From Thiotrichaceae bacterium (GTDB taxonomy: Bacteria > Pseudomonadota > Gammaproteobacteria > Eutrophobiales > Eutrophobiaceae), in NCBI GenBank assembly GCA_012960105.1, contig DUBV01000005.1, positions 77,000 to 140,999 of the forward strand: a stretch of DNA of 64,000 bases, given 5' to 3'. The notes below the pieces were generated by a model. It made no database searches. It saw only the letters and a program-made list of their open reading frames with translations, and was not told the origin of the DNA. Made by a program: the position numbers and the translations under genes. This document shows positions 53,267-63,065 of this stretch, piece by piece. The stretch's first letter is position 1, and each line of letters opens with the position of its first letter.

Positions 53267-54802
53267 ATGCAGGATAAATTAATTATATTTGACACGACTT
53301 TGCGTGATGGTGAGCAAAGTCCCGGCGCCTCAATGACGAAGGATGAAAAGATTCGTATTGCCAAGGCCTTGGAAAAATTGCGCGTCGATATTATCGAAGC
53401 GGGTTTCCCTATTGCCAGTCAGGGCGATTTTGAAGCGGTAAAAGCCGTGGCTGAAATTATCACTGAAAGTACCGTATGTGGTTTGGCGCGAGCACTTGAT
53501 AAAGATATCGATCGAGCGGCTGAAGCACTTAAGCCAGCAAAATCATCACGGATTCACACGTTTTTAGCGACCTCACCTATACACATGCGCGAGAAATTAC
53601 GTATGTCACCAGATCAGGTCGTTGAACATGCGGTGCATGCTGTAAAGCGTGCAAAAACTTATACCGATAATGTTGAGTTCTCACCGGAAGATGCTGGACG
53701 TTCTGACTTTGACTTTTTATGTCGAGTGATAGAAGCGACCATTGATGCGGGTGCAACAACTATTAATATTCCGGATACCGTTGGTTATAACTTACCGCAG
53801 TTCTTTGGTGAGTTGATTAAAAACTTAATCGAAAATATTCCCAATTCAGATAAGGCGATATTTTCTGTGCATTGTCATAACGATTTGGGTTTATCGGTGG
53901 GTAATTCATTAGCCGCAGTATTGAATGGTGCGCGACAGGTTGAATGTACCATTAACGGATTGGGTGAACGTGCAGGTAATGCTTCACTCGAAGAAGTCGT
54001 TATGAGCGTGCGAACTCGTCGAGATATTTTTACTTGTGATACTCGAATAGATACAACTCAGATCATGAATTGTTCACGATTGGTGTCGACAATCACTGGT
54101 TTTCCGGTGCAACCTAATAAAGCTATCGTTGGTGCCAATGCATTCGCTCATGAATCGGGTATACATCAAGATGGCGTATTAAAAAGCCGTGAGACTTACG
54201 AAATTATGCGTGCAGAAGATGTTGGCTGGAATGCCAATCGTATGGTCTTGGGAAAACATTCTGGTCGAAATGCCTTTCGTTCACGCTTGGAAGAATTAGG
54301 CGTTACTTTTGAAAAAGAAGAAGATTTGAATGATGCTTTTTCTCGTTTTAAAGATTTAGCGGATAAGAAGCATGAAATCTTTGATGATGATTTACAGGCG
54401 TTGGTCAGTGATGCACTTCAAGATAGTGCCAATGAAAAGATTAAACTTGTTTCAATTAAAGCATCAATCGAAACGGGTGAAACACCTAAAGCAGAAATAA
54501 CGCTTTCTATAGACGGTGAAGAGAAACAAGCTAAAGCTGAAGGTGGCGGGCCAGTTGATGCAACCTTTAAAGCTATCGAAAGCATGGTGAATAGTGGTTG
54601 TGATTTGCAATTATATTCAGTTAATAACATAACCAATGGTACCGACTCTCAAGGTGAAGTAACCGTTCGTCTTGATAAAGGAGGTCGCATAGTTAATGGT
54701 TTAGGTTCAGATACAGATATTGTGGTTGCTTCTGCAAAAGCATATATCAGCGCGCTAAATAAAGTGTTGGATCCTTCTCAGAAGGCACACCCGCAGCTTT
54801 GA
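53267..54802 (+). CDS. leuA: 2-isopropylmalate synthase
   Basis: [38 protein letters not shown], regulatory domain GGGPVDA; ATG 53267 with GGAG RBS. Confidence 0.97.
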   Translation: MQDKLIIFDTTLRDGEQSPGASMTKDEKIRIAKALEKLRVDIIEAGFPIASQGDFEAVKAVAEIITESTVCGLARALDKDIDRAAEALKPAKSSRIHTFLATSPIHMREKLRMSPDQVVEHAVHAVKRAKTYTDNVEFSPEDAGRSDFDFLCRVIEATIDAGATTINIPDTVGYNLPQFFGELIKNLIENIPNSDKAIFSVHCHNDLGLSVGNSLAAVLNGARQVECTINGLGERAGNASLEEVVMSVRTRRDIFTCDTRIDTTQIMNCSRLVSTITGFPVQPNKAIVGANAFAHESGIHQDGVLKSRETYEIMRAEDVGWNANRMVLGKHSGRNAFRSRLEELGVTFEKEEDLNDAFSRFKDLADKKHEIFDDDLQALVSDALQDSANEKIKLVSIKASIETGETPKAEITLSIDGEEKQAKAEGGGPVDATFKAIESMVNSGCDLQLYSVNNITNGTDSQGEVTVRLDKGGRIVNGLGSDTDIVVASAKAYISALNKVLDPSQKAHPQL

Positions 54803-54818
54803 AATATAAAAGTTAATC

Positions 54819-55556
54819 ATGCAAGCATACCAGCAACAATATCTAAAAGAGATGGGCATTGATGTCTGGGTAGATCGTCAGGCAGAACAAGTATTGAATG
54901 TCTCTGAAGATATAACTGCTAGTAATGTTTCTAAAGCTATTACTTCTGAAAGACAAATCCCTGAGCCGGCTCCCAAGTCGGTTCAGGTTTTTCCAGAAGC
55001 ATTAGCAACATTAAAGAAAGAAGTATCAACTTGTGAGAAATGTGAATTACATACATCAAGAACACAAACTGTATTTGGTGTTGGTAATCCAGATGCAGAC
55101 TGGTTAATTATTGGCGAAGCACCAGGTGCGGATGAAGATAGACAAGGAGAACCATTTGTTGGACGTGCTGGACAATTATTGAATTCGATGTTGTTGGCAA
55201 TGGGTTTGAAAAGAGAGCAGGTATTCATTGCCAATATATTAAAGTGTCGGCCACCAGACAATCGAGATCCGAAGATCGGTGAAGTAATAGCTTGTGAATC
55301 ATATTTAAGACAGCAGATCGATTTAATCAAACCAAAAATTATTTTAGCGGTTGGCCGTATAGCAGCACAAAATCTATTGAAGGTGGATACTCCAATTGGA
55401 AAAATGCGCGGTAATCAATATCAATATCCTGATAGTAAACTACCTGTGATCGTGACGTACCATCCAGCGTATCTATTACGTTCGCCAAGAGAAAAACGTA
55501 AGGTCTGGGAAGATCTTAAAATTGCAATGCGGCTTTATAAAAATATAGATGCATAA
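54819..55556 (+). CDS. Uracil-DNA glycosylase family 4
   Basis: CEKCEL Fe-S ligands, [26 protein letters not shown]. Confidence 0.93.
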   Translation: MQAYQQQYLKEMGIDVWVDRQAEQVLNVSEDITASNVSKAITSERQIPEPAPKSVQVFPEALATLKKEVSTCEKCELHTSRTQTVFGVGNPDADWLIIGEAPGADEDRQGEPFVGRAGQLLNSMLLAMGLKREQVFIANILKCRPPDNRDPKIGEVIACESYLRQQIDLIKPKIILAVGRIAAQNLLKVDTPIGKMRGNQYQYPDSKLPVIVTYHPAYLLRSPREKRKVWEDLKIAMRLYKNIDA

Positions 55557-55575
55557 AGAGGTTGAATCATAGGAT

Positions 55576-56049
55576 ATGAGCGCTGTAATCAAACAAGATG
55601 AATTATATCTTCGACCTATGTCTGAAGAAGACTTGGTGTTTGTTGTGGCGAATGAAAATCGCGCTTATGAGTTTCCCTGGAGTGAGACTATCTTTCAGGA
55701 TTGTTTGCATGTTGGTTATTGCAGTTGGGTACTTGAGTGTGATGGAAACATCATCGCTCATACCGTAATGTCAGTAGCAGCAGGTGAAGCACATATTCTA
55801 AATATCTGTGTGCATCCTGATTATCAGGGACAAGGTCTTGGCCGAAAGTTATTAGAGCACTTATTAGAGTTAGTATTGGATCATAATGTTGACATGATGT
55901 TTCTTGAAGTACGACCAACTAACTTTGGAGCAATCAAGTTGTATCTAGATGTTGGCTTTGATGAAATAGGTATGCGAAGAAATTATTATCCCGCAAAAAT
56001 GGGGTGGGAAGATGCGTTGGTTTTTGCTAAAGCAGTGATAAAGGATTAA
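55576..56049 (+). CDS. rimI: Ribosomal protein S18 N-acetyltransferase
   Basis: FPWS, EAHILNICV, QGQGLG, LEVRPTN, RRNYY. Confidence 0.93.
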   Translation: MSAVIKQDELYLRPMSEEDLVFVVANENRAYEFPWSETIFQDCLHVGYCSWVLECDGNIIAHTVMSVAAGEAHILNICVHPDYQGQGLGRKLLEHLLELVLDHNVDMMFLEVRPTNFGAIKLYLDVGFDEIGMRRNYYPAKMGWEDALVFAKAVIKD

Positions 56050-56069
56050 ACGGATATATTCGCTCACTA

Positions 56070-56103
56070 CGTCATACCCGCGCAGGCGGGTATCCAGTAA
56101 GTC
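56070..56103 (+). repeat. REP-like palindrome, intact copy
   Basis: CGTCATACCCGCGCAGGCGGGTATCCAGTAAGTC, with hairpin ATACCCGC/GCGGGTAT; related copies at 61450-61584. Confidence 0.85.
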
Positions 56104-56152
56104 GACGTGTAAATAAGATGGCATTGATAGATACCATATAATTAACAATCAA

Positions 56153-57061
56153 ATGAATATGAATAATAAAGACGACTTCCCAACACTAGAATCATTTGTT
56201 GGCAACACACCGTTAGTAAGGTTACAACGCTTACCGGGTAAGACGAGTAATGTTGTGCTTGCCAAGCTTGAAGGAAACAACCCTGCAGGTTCGGTAAAAG
56301 ATCGTCCTGCACTAAGCATGATTAAACATGCCGAAGCGCGCGGCGATATAAAACAGGGTGATACTTTAATCGAAGCCACTAGTGGTAATACCGGTATAGC
56401 ATTAGCAATGGCCGCAGCAATACGTGGTTATAAAATGATATTAATCATGCCGGAAAGTATGAGTGTCGAACGTCGTGCAGTAATGAAAGCCTTTGGTGCG
56501 GAAATAGTTTTAACTTCTGCTGATGGCAGTATGGAAGAAGCCATCGATGTTTCTCGCGAAATGGAAGCCAAAGGTGAAGGCAAAGTATTAGATCAGTTTG
56601 GTAATCCCGATAATCCACGTGCGCATTATGAAGGTACCGGTCCGGAGATATGGCGTGATACTAATGGCAAGATTACACATTTTGTTAGTGCCATGGGTAC
56701 GACGGGAACCATTATGGGTACATCGCGTTTTCTAAAAGAACAAAATCCGGATATTCAGATTGTTGGTGTTCAACCTATTGAGGGTGCAAAGATCCCGGGC
56801 ATACGTCGTTGGCCGGAAGCATATATGCCAAAGATTTATGAACCTGCCCGTGTTGATCGAATTATGGATATGGGGCAAGAGCTCGCAGAAAAAACAACAT
56901 TAGAACTCGGATCGAAAGAAGGCATCTTTGCCGGTATTTCATCCGGTGGTGCAATGGCAGCAGCATTGCAATTATCAGAAGAAGTTGAGAATGCAGTAAT
57001 AGTCACAATCGTATGTGACCGTGGAGATCGGTATCTGTCAACGAATGTCTTTCCTGGATAG
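56153..57061 (+). CDS. cysM: Cysteine synthase B
   Basis: VGNTPLV, KLEGNNPAGSVKDR (PLP Lys), EATSGNTG, MGTTGT, CDRGDRYLS. Confidence 0.96.
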   Translation: MNMNNKDDFPTLESFVGNTPLVRLQRLPGKTSNVVLAKLEGNNPAGSVKDRPALSMIKHAEARGDIKQGDTLIEATSGNTGIALAMAAAIRGYKMILIMPESMSVERRAVMKAFGAEIVLTSADGSMEEAIDVSREMEAKGEGKVLDQFGNPDNPRAHYEGTGPEIWRDTNGKITHFVSAMGTTGTIMGTSRFLKEQNPDIQIVGVQPIEGAKIPGIRRWPEAYMPKIYEPARVDRIMDMGQELAEKTTLELGSKEGIFAGISSGGAMAAALQLSEEVENAVIVTIVCDRGDRYLSTNVFPG

Positions 57062-57081
57062 CTTCTTTTAAAAAACCATTA

Positions 57082-57807
57082 ATGATATTTATGATTCAAG
57101 CAATAAAAAGAATAATTGTTTATATTATATTAATTATTTCGCTGATAATATTGATTCTTTTCTTTAGCGGATATATTTCAATTTATTCAAAAGAAAATTT
57201 TGAAAGAAGTTATTCTCAATTTCATAGTATTAATAAGAAAGATGAATATATTATTGCTGAAGAAGTCAATCAGGTGACATTCAATATATCTGAATACAAA
57301 TATATTTTAGGAGATTTTCCGATTGGTGACAGTGAAGTTGATTTATCTTTAGTGGCGAATTTTAAATATTTTATAAATTTTTCTGAACTTACTCATGAAC
57401 TATATGAAAGAACCTTAATTATAAATATACCTAAGTTATATTTATCAACTCCTGTAGCTATTAATACAGGATCTATTAAACAAAAAGGAGAAAGGTTTAT
57501 GCTTGGGGCATCTCCTGAAAAGTTATATGAAAAATTACTTAGCCAAGTATCTGGAAAATTAAAAACTATTGGGGAGGCACAAAAGAATAATGTTAGAGAT
57601 AAAGCGGCTCAATCAATGGCTGAAAATTTGAATGATTTTTTATCCAATAATAATAGTTCTGGCCATTACGATATTATAAAAGTGGTTTTTAATGATGATA
57701 TGAAAGATGCTATCCGACTATATGAATTTAATAATAGCTTTTGCCCACAAAAGCTATGTAAATTTGAACTAGAATTTCTAGATGGAAAAACCATAGTAAT
57801 AGAGTAA
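57082..57807 (+). CDS. Membrane-anchored hypothetical protein, possibly DUF4230-like
   Basis: Single N-terminal TM, beta-rich segment (ANFKYFINFSEL...TLIINIPK), then a long helix; very AT-rich. Confidence 0.5.
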   Translation: MIFMIQAIKRIIVYIILIISLIILILFFSGYISIYSKENFERSYSQFHSINKKDEYIIAEEVNQVTFNISEYKYILGDFPIGDSEVDLSLVANFKYFINFSELTHELYERTLIINIPKLYLSTPVAINTGSIKQKGERFMLGASPEKLYEKLLSQVSGKLKTIGEAQKNNVRDKAAQSMAENLNDFLSNNNSSGHYDIIKVVFNDDMKDAIRLYEFNNSFCPQKLCKFELEFLDGKTIVIE

Positions 57808-57819
57808 GTATTATAAATT

Positions 57820-58599
57820 ATGAACATACTTGTATTTGATATTGAAACTGTACCGGACGTTGAGTCGGGTAAAAAATTATATAATCTTGAGGGTTTAAAA
57901 GCTGAAGATGCGGCTGAATTGATGTTTAGTCAGCGTCGTCAGGAAACTGATGGTAAGTCAGATTTCTTACGACATTACTTACATAGGATTGTTGCTATCT
58001 CTGTGGTATTAAAAACACAGGATAAACTCAGTGTTTGGTCTTTAGGTGATGTTGATTCGGATGAGAAAGAAATTATTCAACGTTTTTTTGAAGGTATAGA
58101 ACGTTACACGCCGACGATTGTTTCGTGGAATGGTAGTGGCTTCGATTTACCGGTTCTGCATTATCGTTCGCTTTTACATAGCGTGGTAGCGCAGCGTTAT
58201 TGGGAAAATGGTGAAGATGATCAGAGTTTTAAATGGAATAATTATTTATCACGCTTTCATAGTCGTCATACCGATTTAATGGATGTGATCGCGGGTTATA
58301 TGCCTGGAACGAAAGCGCCTCTGGATCAAATTGCTACTTTACTTGGCTTTCCAGGAAAGATGGGTATGAGTGGTGATAAGGTTTGGGATACTTATGCGGC
58401 GGGTGATATAGAAGCGATACGTAATTATTGTGAGACCGATGTATTAAATACCTATCTGGTTTATTTACGCTATGAATTAATTCGTGGTCGATTAACCGAT
58501 AAAGCTTATGAAGATGAATGTAATCAAGTTCGCGAAATGTTGAACGATGAAACTAAACCCCATCTAAAAGAATTCCTACAAACCTGGCAACAAGGCTAA
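57820..58599 (+). CDS. Predicted 3'-5' exonuclease (PolB-like DEDDy)
   Basis: VFDIETVPD, SWNGSGFDLP, HTDLMD, YCETDVLNT. Confidence 0.9.
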   Translation: MNILVFDIETVPDVESGKKLYNLEGLKAEDAAELMFSQRRQETDGKSDFLRHYLHRIVAISVVLKTQDKLSVWSLGDVDSDEKEIIQRFFEGIERYTPTIVSWNGSGFDLPVLHYRSLLHSVVAQRYWENGEDDQSFKWNNYLSRFHSRHTDLMDVIAGYMPGTKAPLDQIATLLGFPGKMGMSGDKVWDTYAAGDIEAIRNYCETDVLNTYLVYLRYELIRGRLTDKAYEDECNQVREMLNDETKPHLKEFLQTWQQG

Positions 58600-58607
58600 A
58601 TCGTACT

Positions 58608-59939
58608 ATGGGCAGACGCCACCGTCGAAAAATCCCGCAAGGACTTTTCACTACTAACATTGAATCCTTATCGCACGAAGCTAGAGGTGTTGCTCATATT
58701 GATGGAAAGACCATCTTTGTCGAGAATGCTCTAGCGGGTGAACAAGTTGAGTTTAACTACGTTAATACACGTTCTAAATATGATGAAGGTGTCGCAGAAA
58801 ATATTATTAACGCTAGCGAACAACGTACTGAACCGGGTTGCGAATACTTCGGTTATTGCGGTGGTTGCAGCTTGCAACATATGCATGCCGATGCGCAGTT
58901 AGAACATAAGCAAAGTGTCTTATTAGAACAGTTCACGCATCTTGGTAATGTAAATCCAAAAGAAGTGTTGCCGCCATTAAAAGGTCCTTTATTTGGCTAT
59001 CGCCATAAAGCACGATTAGGTGTTAAGTACGTCATTAAAAAAGAAAGAGTCTTAGTGGGCTTTCGTGAAAAGCGTAGCCCGTTTATTGCTGATATAAAAC
59101 ATTGCGAAGTATTGCATCCTGATATTGGTTACAAAATATCTGACTTGCAGGCGTTAATCGAAACGATATCAATCAAAGATAAGATCCCACAAATAGAAGT
59201 TGCAGTTAGTGATAATGGCATTGCTTTGGTTATGCGACACCTTGAAGAATTTACTGAAGATGATCTGAGTAATCTAAAAGATTTTGAAGAACAACATAAT
59301 TTCAAATTCTATTTACAACCCGGCGGTTATGACAGTGTCCATCGGTTAGCTAGCAGCAGTAATGATTGTGAACTGTTTTATAAGCTAGACGACCATGATA
59401 TTAATATTTACTTTCAGCCGACTGACTTCACCCAGATCAATGTAGAGATTAATAAGCAGATGATCAATCTGGCGATAGAATTACTCGAAGTTGACAAAGA
59501 AGATAATATTCTGGATCTGTTCTGTGGCGTCGGTAATTTCACTTTGCCTATTGCACGAAAAGCGAAATCAGTAGTTGGTGTTGAAGGTGATGAAGGTTTA
59601 GTACAACGGGCAAAAAATAATGCTATAAAAAACAATATTGATAATGTTGAATTTTACGTGGCAGATTTAGCAGACTTTGACAAAGATTATGATTTCATGA
59701 AGAAGCCGTATGATAAAATATTATTAGACCCTGCACGCACAGGTGCAAAAGAAATTATCTCTGCCATTAATATGAAAAACATTAAACGTATTGTGTATGT
59801 TTCATGTAATCCCGCAACCCTTGCACGAGATGCCGGTATACTTGTTAATGAAAAAGGATTTAAACTAAAGAAAGCTGGAGTGATGGATATGTTTCCACAT
59901 ACTGCACATGTAGAGTCGATTGCAGTATTCACCAAATAA
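58608..59939 (+). CDS. rlmD: 23S rRNA (uracil-1939-C5)-methyltransferase
   Basis: TRAM domain, C-x5-CGGC, FTQIN, LDLFCGVGNF, LDPAR, YVSCNPATLARD, DMFPHTAHVE. Confidence 0.95.
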   Translation: MGRRHRRKIPQGLFTTNIESLSHEARGVAHIDGKTIFVENALAGEQVEFNYVNTRSKYDEGVAENIINASEQRTEPGCEYFGYCGGCSLQHMHADAQLEHKQSVLLEQFTHLGNVNPKEVLPPLKGPLFGYRHKARLGVKYVIKKERVLVGFREKRSPFIADIKHCEVLHPDIGYKISDLQALIETISIKDKIPQIEVAVSDNGIALVMRHLEEFTEDDLSNLKDFEEQHNFKFYLQPGGYDSVHRLASSSNDCELFYKLDDHDINIYFQPTDFTQINVEINKQMINLAIELLEVDKEDNILDLFCGVGNFTLPIARKAKSVVGVEGDEGLVQRAKNNAIKNNIDNVEFYVADLADFDKDYDFMKKPYDKILLDPARTGAKEIISAINMKNIKRIVYVSCNPATLARDAGILVNEKGFKLKKAGVMDMFPHTAHVESIAVFTK

Positions 59940-59941
59940 CG

Positions 59942-61441
59942 ATGCGAAAATATATAGTTAATTTATTATTTTTATGTATTTTACTTTTTATTAATGGTTG
60001 CGCTGATAGCAATAGAAGCAGCATAGCCTTTGGCTTAAATACCGCCCCCGTTACGCTCGATCCTCGGTTTTCTACTGACGCTGTTTCATATCGGATTACT
60101 CGTCTGCTATATAGAAGTATGATTGATTTCGATGATCAATACCAAGTGATTCCTGATCTGGCAACATGGCAACAATTATCATTGAATCATTATCGTTTTA
60201 CTTTAGGTAATGAAGGACGTGTATTCCATGATGGTTCGCGATTGACTGCGAAAGATGTCAAAGCGACTTATGAATCAGTATTGGAACAATCTAATGCCTC
60301 ACCGCATCGAAGTTCGGTACTAATGATCGAACAGATTAATGTTATTGATGATGATGTCGTCGATTTTAAATTATCTCATGAGGATCCACTTTTTCCCGGG
60401 CGTATGGTCATAGGCATACTGCCTGAGAAACTAATTTCTAAGCAACATAGTTTTAATCGAAATCCTGTAGGTAGTGGTCCTATGAAACTACTAGATTGGC
60501 AAGATGATACGCGATTAAGTTTATTGCGACTTCGTGACAAGCAAACTATAGAGTTCATTACTTTAAAAGATCCGACTGTACGAGTTCTTAAATTATTAAG
60601 AGGTGAGATTGATTTAGTACAGGGCGACTTACCACCGGAAATAGTTAAATGGTTGGATGGAAGAGATTCTATTGATGTCAGAAGAAAACATGGTAGTACT
60701 TTTAGCTATATAGGTTTTAATTTAAAAGATCCGTTTACTGGAAATATTTTAATTCGGAAAGCGATTGCTCATGCAATTGATCGTGAAGCGATAATTAAAT
60801 ATGTTATGCGCGCATCAGCTCGAAAAGCAGAAACATTATTGCCGCCGGATCATTGGGCGGGAAATGCAAAGTTAATCGGTCATAAGTATGATCCCGAAAA
60901 GTCTAAGGCCTTATTAAAAAAGGCGGGTTACAGTTTAGAGGTGCCATTGAAATTAACCTATAAAACTTCAAATAATCCGTTTCGTTTGCGACTTGCGACT
61001 ATTATTCAGGATCAACTAAAATCTGTGGGTATAGAAGTCGATATACGTAGTTATGATTGGGGGACATTTTATGGCGATATTAAATCGGGTCGCTTTCAGA
61101 TGTATAGCTTGTCCTGGGTCGGTTTAAAAATGCCGGATATATTTCGTTATATATTTCATAGTAGCGCGGTACCTCCCAATGGTGCTAATCGAGGACGCTT
61201 TGCTGATAAGCAAGTAGACGCTATAATTGAACTAGCTGAAGTAGAAGTGTCATTAATAAAGCAGGCTGAATATTATCGCGAGTTACAGCAGCTTTTATAT
61301 GATAGTTTGCCTACTATTCCATTATGGTATGAAGATAATGTTCTGGCGATACGAAAAGATATTAAAGGTTATGAACTTAGCGCGGATGGAAATTTCGACT
61401 CGCTAGTATCTATAACAAAAATAAAGAACAAGGGACATTAA
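59942..61441 (+). CDS. ABC transporter substrate-binding lipoprotein, family 5 (peptide/nickel)
   Basis: Lipobox INGC, TLDPR, PDLA, FHDGSRLTAKDV, PVGSGP, IRKAIAHAIDR. Confidence 0.9.
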   Translation: MRKYIVNLLFLCILLFINGCADSNRSSIAFGLNTAPVTLDPRFSTDAVSYRITRLLYRSMIDFDDQYQVIPDLATWQQLSLNHYRFTLGNEGRVFHDGSRLTAKDVKATYESVLEQSNASPHRSSVLMIEQINVIDDDVVDFKLSHEDPLFPGRMVIGILPEKLISKQHSFNRNPVGSGPMKLLDWQDDTRLSLLRLRDKQTIEFITLKDPTVRVLKLLRGEIDLVQGDLPPEIVKWLDGRDSIDVRRKHGSTFSYIGFNLKDPFTGNILIRKAIAHAIDREAIIKYVMRASARKAETLLPPDHWAGNAKLIGHKYDPEKSKALLKKAGYSLEVPLKLTYKTSNNPFRLRLATIIQDQLKSVGIEVDIRSYDWGTFYGDIKSGRFQMYSLSWVGLKMPDIFRYIFHSSAVPPNGANRGRFADKQVDAIIELAEVEVSLIKQAEYYRELQQLLYDSLPTIPLWYEDNVLAIRKDIKGYELSADGNFDSLVSITKIKNKGH

Positions 61442-61449
61442 ATCTAGTT

Positions 61450-61584
61450 CGTCATGCCCGCGTACGACTACATGGATGTAGTCGGTAAAGCGAAGCAGGA
61501 GCCAGAGCCGAGGCGGGTATCCAGTAAGTCACAGATTAGTACGATGACATCATTCACTGGATTCCTGCCTGCGCGGCAACGACG
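61450..61584. repeat. Inverted pair of REP-like palindromes, the left copy interrupted by a 47-bp insert
   Basis: CGTCATGCCCGCGT-[61464-61510]-AGGCGGGTATCCAGTAAGTC, then an inverted copy at 61556-61584 (reverse complement CGTCGTTGCCGCGCAGGCAGGAATCCAGT). Confidence 0.82.
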
Positions 61585-61610
61585 TGTTTATGGGACAGCA
61601 TGAAAATAAT

Positions 61611-62114
61611 ATGAATATTCAAATATCAATTTCACATCAAACTTTAACGCTGTTTGATAATGATACGCAGCTTAAACACTATTCCATCTCTACTGCTAAG
61701 AATGGTCTGGGTGAAAATATGGACAGTGAATGCACACCTTATGGCTCGCATATTATTTCTGAAAAAATCGGATCGGGCGCTGAAGTAAATTCGGTCTTTG
61801 TTGGTAGAGTCGCCACGGGTGAAATTTACCAGTCGGCATTACGTGAACTGCATCCACAACGCGACTGGATATTAACGCGCATACTTTGGCTAAGTGGTAC
61901 CGAAGAAGGTAGGAATAAAGGCCATAAAGATGGCCGCGAAGAAAATGTTAGCGTTGATAGCCATGATCGTTATATTTATTTACACGGCACACCCGAGGAT
62001 ATCGCCATGGGACAACCCGGTTCGAGAGGCTGCATACGCATGCGAAACAAAGACATTATAGAATTATTTGATTTGATAGAAGTAGGAACGGAGTTAGTAA
62101 TTAATGACGACTGA
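61611..62114 (+). CDS. L,D-transpeptidase (YkuD family)
   Basis: YSISTAKNG, TPYG, RILWLSG, IYLHGT...SRGCIRM; start placed at ATG 61611, outside the repeat. Confidence 0.9.
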   Translation: MNIQISISHQTLTLFDNDTQLKHYSISTAKNGLGENMDSECTPYGSHIISEKIGSGAEVNSVFVGRVATGEIYQSALRELHPQRDWILTRILWLSGTEEGRNKGHKDGREENVSVDSHDRYIYLHGTPEDIAMGQPGSRGCIRMRNKDIIELFDLIEVGTELVINDD

Positions 62115-62517
62115 GGAACAAGATTCACAACAACTGGCAACACCTCATGAACGCATTGGTGGTGATGAAGCTTTAAAAAAATTAGTTACTTTGTTTTATG
62201 ACAATATGGAAAGTTTGCCTGAAGCAAAGTTGATTCGTGATTTACATCCTAAGGATATGCGTAGTGCGCGAGAAAAATTGTATATGTTTCTTAGCGGTTG
62301 GATGGGAGGGCCCGATCGATATATTGCTGCTTTTGGTCATCCGCGCTTACGTGCCAGACACTTACCTTTTCCGATAGGAATAGAAGAACGCGATCAATGG
62401 TTAATGTGTATGCAGAAAGCTTTGGATGAAATGGATATTAATACCATGTTTAAAGAACAACTAATGTCATCATTTATACAGACAACGAATCATATGATGA
62501 ACCAAGAATCAGGTTGA
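62104..62517 (+). CDS. Group II truncated haemoglobin
   Basis: IGG, FYDNM, FLSGWMGGPDRY, GHPRLRARHLPFPIG, ERDQWL. Confidence 0.92.
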   Translation: MTTEEQDSQQLATPHERIGGDEALKKLVTLFYDNMESLPEAKLIRDLHPKDMRSAREKLYMFLSGWMGGPDRYIAAFGHPRLRARHLPFPIGIEERDQWLMCMQKALDEMDINTMFKEQLMSSFIQTTNHMMNQESG

Positions 62518-62524
62518 ACAAGTA

Positions 62525-62899
62525 TTAATTTAAATTAGCCATGTCTTTATCTGACACAGCAGTTACTAATAATTTTTCAGAAAGTTTATTAAGTTGTTTT
62601 TGAACTCTTTGATCTTGTTTTTTGAAACACAAACCGATCAAACCGAAGTCTTTCCATACGACCAGTGCTTCTAGAATAATACTGGTATTATCATCCTGAA
62701 TAAGGATTTTACAGTCTTGCTTCGGTTGCATTTCAACATCAGTAGGTTCAACAATTTGCATTCCATTACCTGAGATATTTCTCATTTTGGTAATATATTC
62801 CTGATCATCAATATAGGTGGTTATATCAAGATCAGCATAGATACGACCGTTATTTCGACGGTTATCGTTATTACGTTTTTTATTACGTCTGTCTCTCAT
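62525..62899 (-). CDS. Single-domain PilZ protein
   Basis: RxxxR motifs, NISGNG, ALVVW...IGLCF. Confidence 0.8.
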   Translation of the reverse strand: MRDRRNKKRNNDNRRNNGRIYADLDITTYIDDQEYITKMRNISGNGMQIVEPTDVEMQPKQDCKILIQDDNTSIILEALVVWKDFGLIGLCFKKQDQRVQKQLNKLSEKLLVTAVSDKDMANLN

Positions 62900-62993
62900 T
62901 TTTTTACCCTCTTTCGATAGCTTATATATCGGCGAGGGTGAAATTTTCTTAATACTTTTATTTAGTTACTGAAATATATAGAATTTTCGGAAG

Positions 62994-63019
62994 AATAGCT
63001 GGGCTTATGCCCAGCTATT
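62994..63019. terminator. Hairpin, probable terminator of the CDF gene
   Basis: Perfect 11-bp stem AATAGCTGGGC-TTAT-GCCCAGCTATT, 47 bp beyond the CDF stop; U tract is weak. Confidence 0.6.
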
Positions 63020-63065
63020 GTATTTGTTTAAGGGAGGCTAAAAGGGATAGTCGTTAGTTGAGGAT

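Noticed and set aside
55945-56148. Minus-strand 67-aa ORF containing LDTRLRGYD
   Set aside because: It is the translation of the REP-like palindrome plus antisense rimI.
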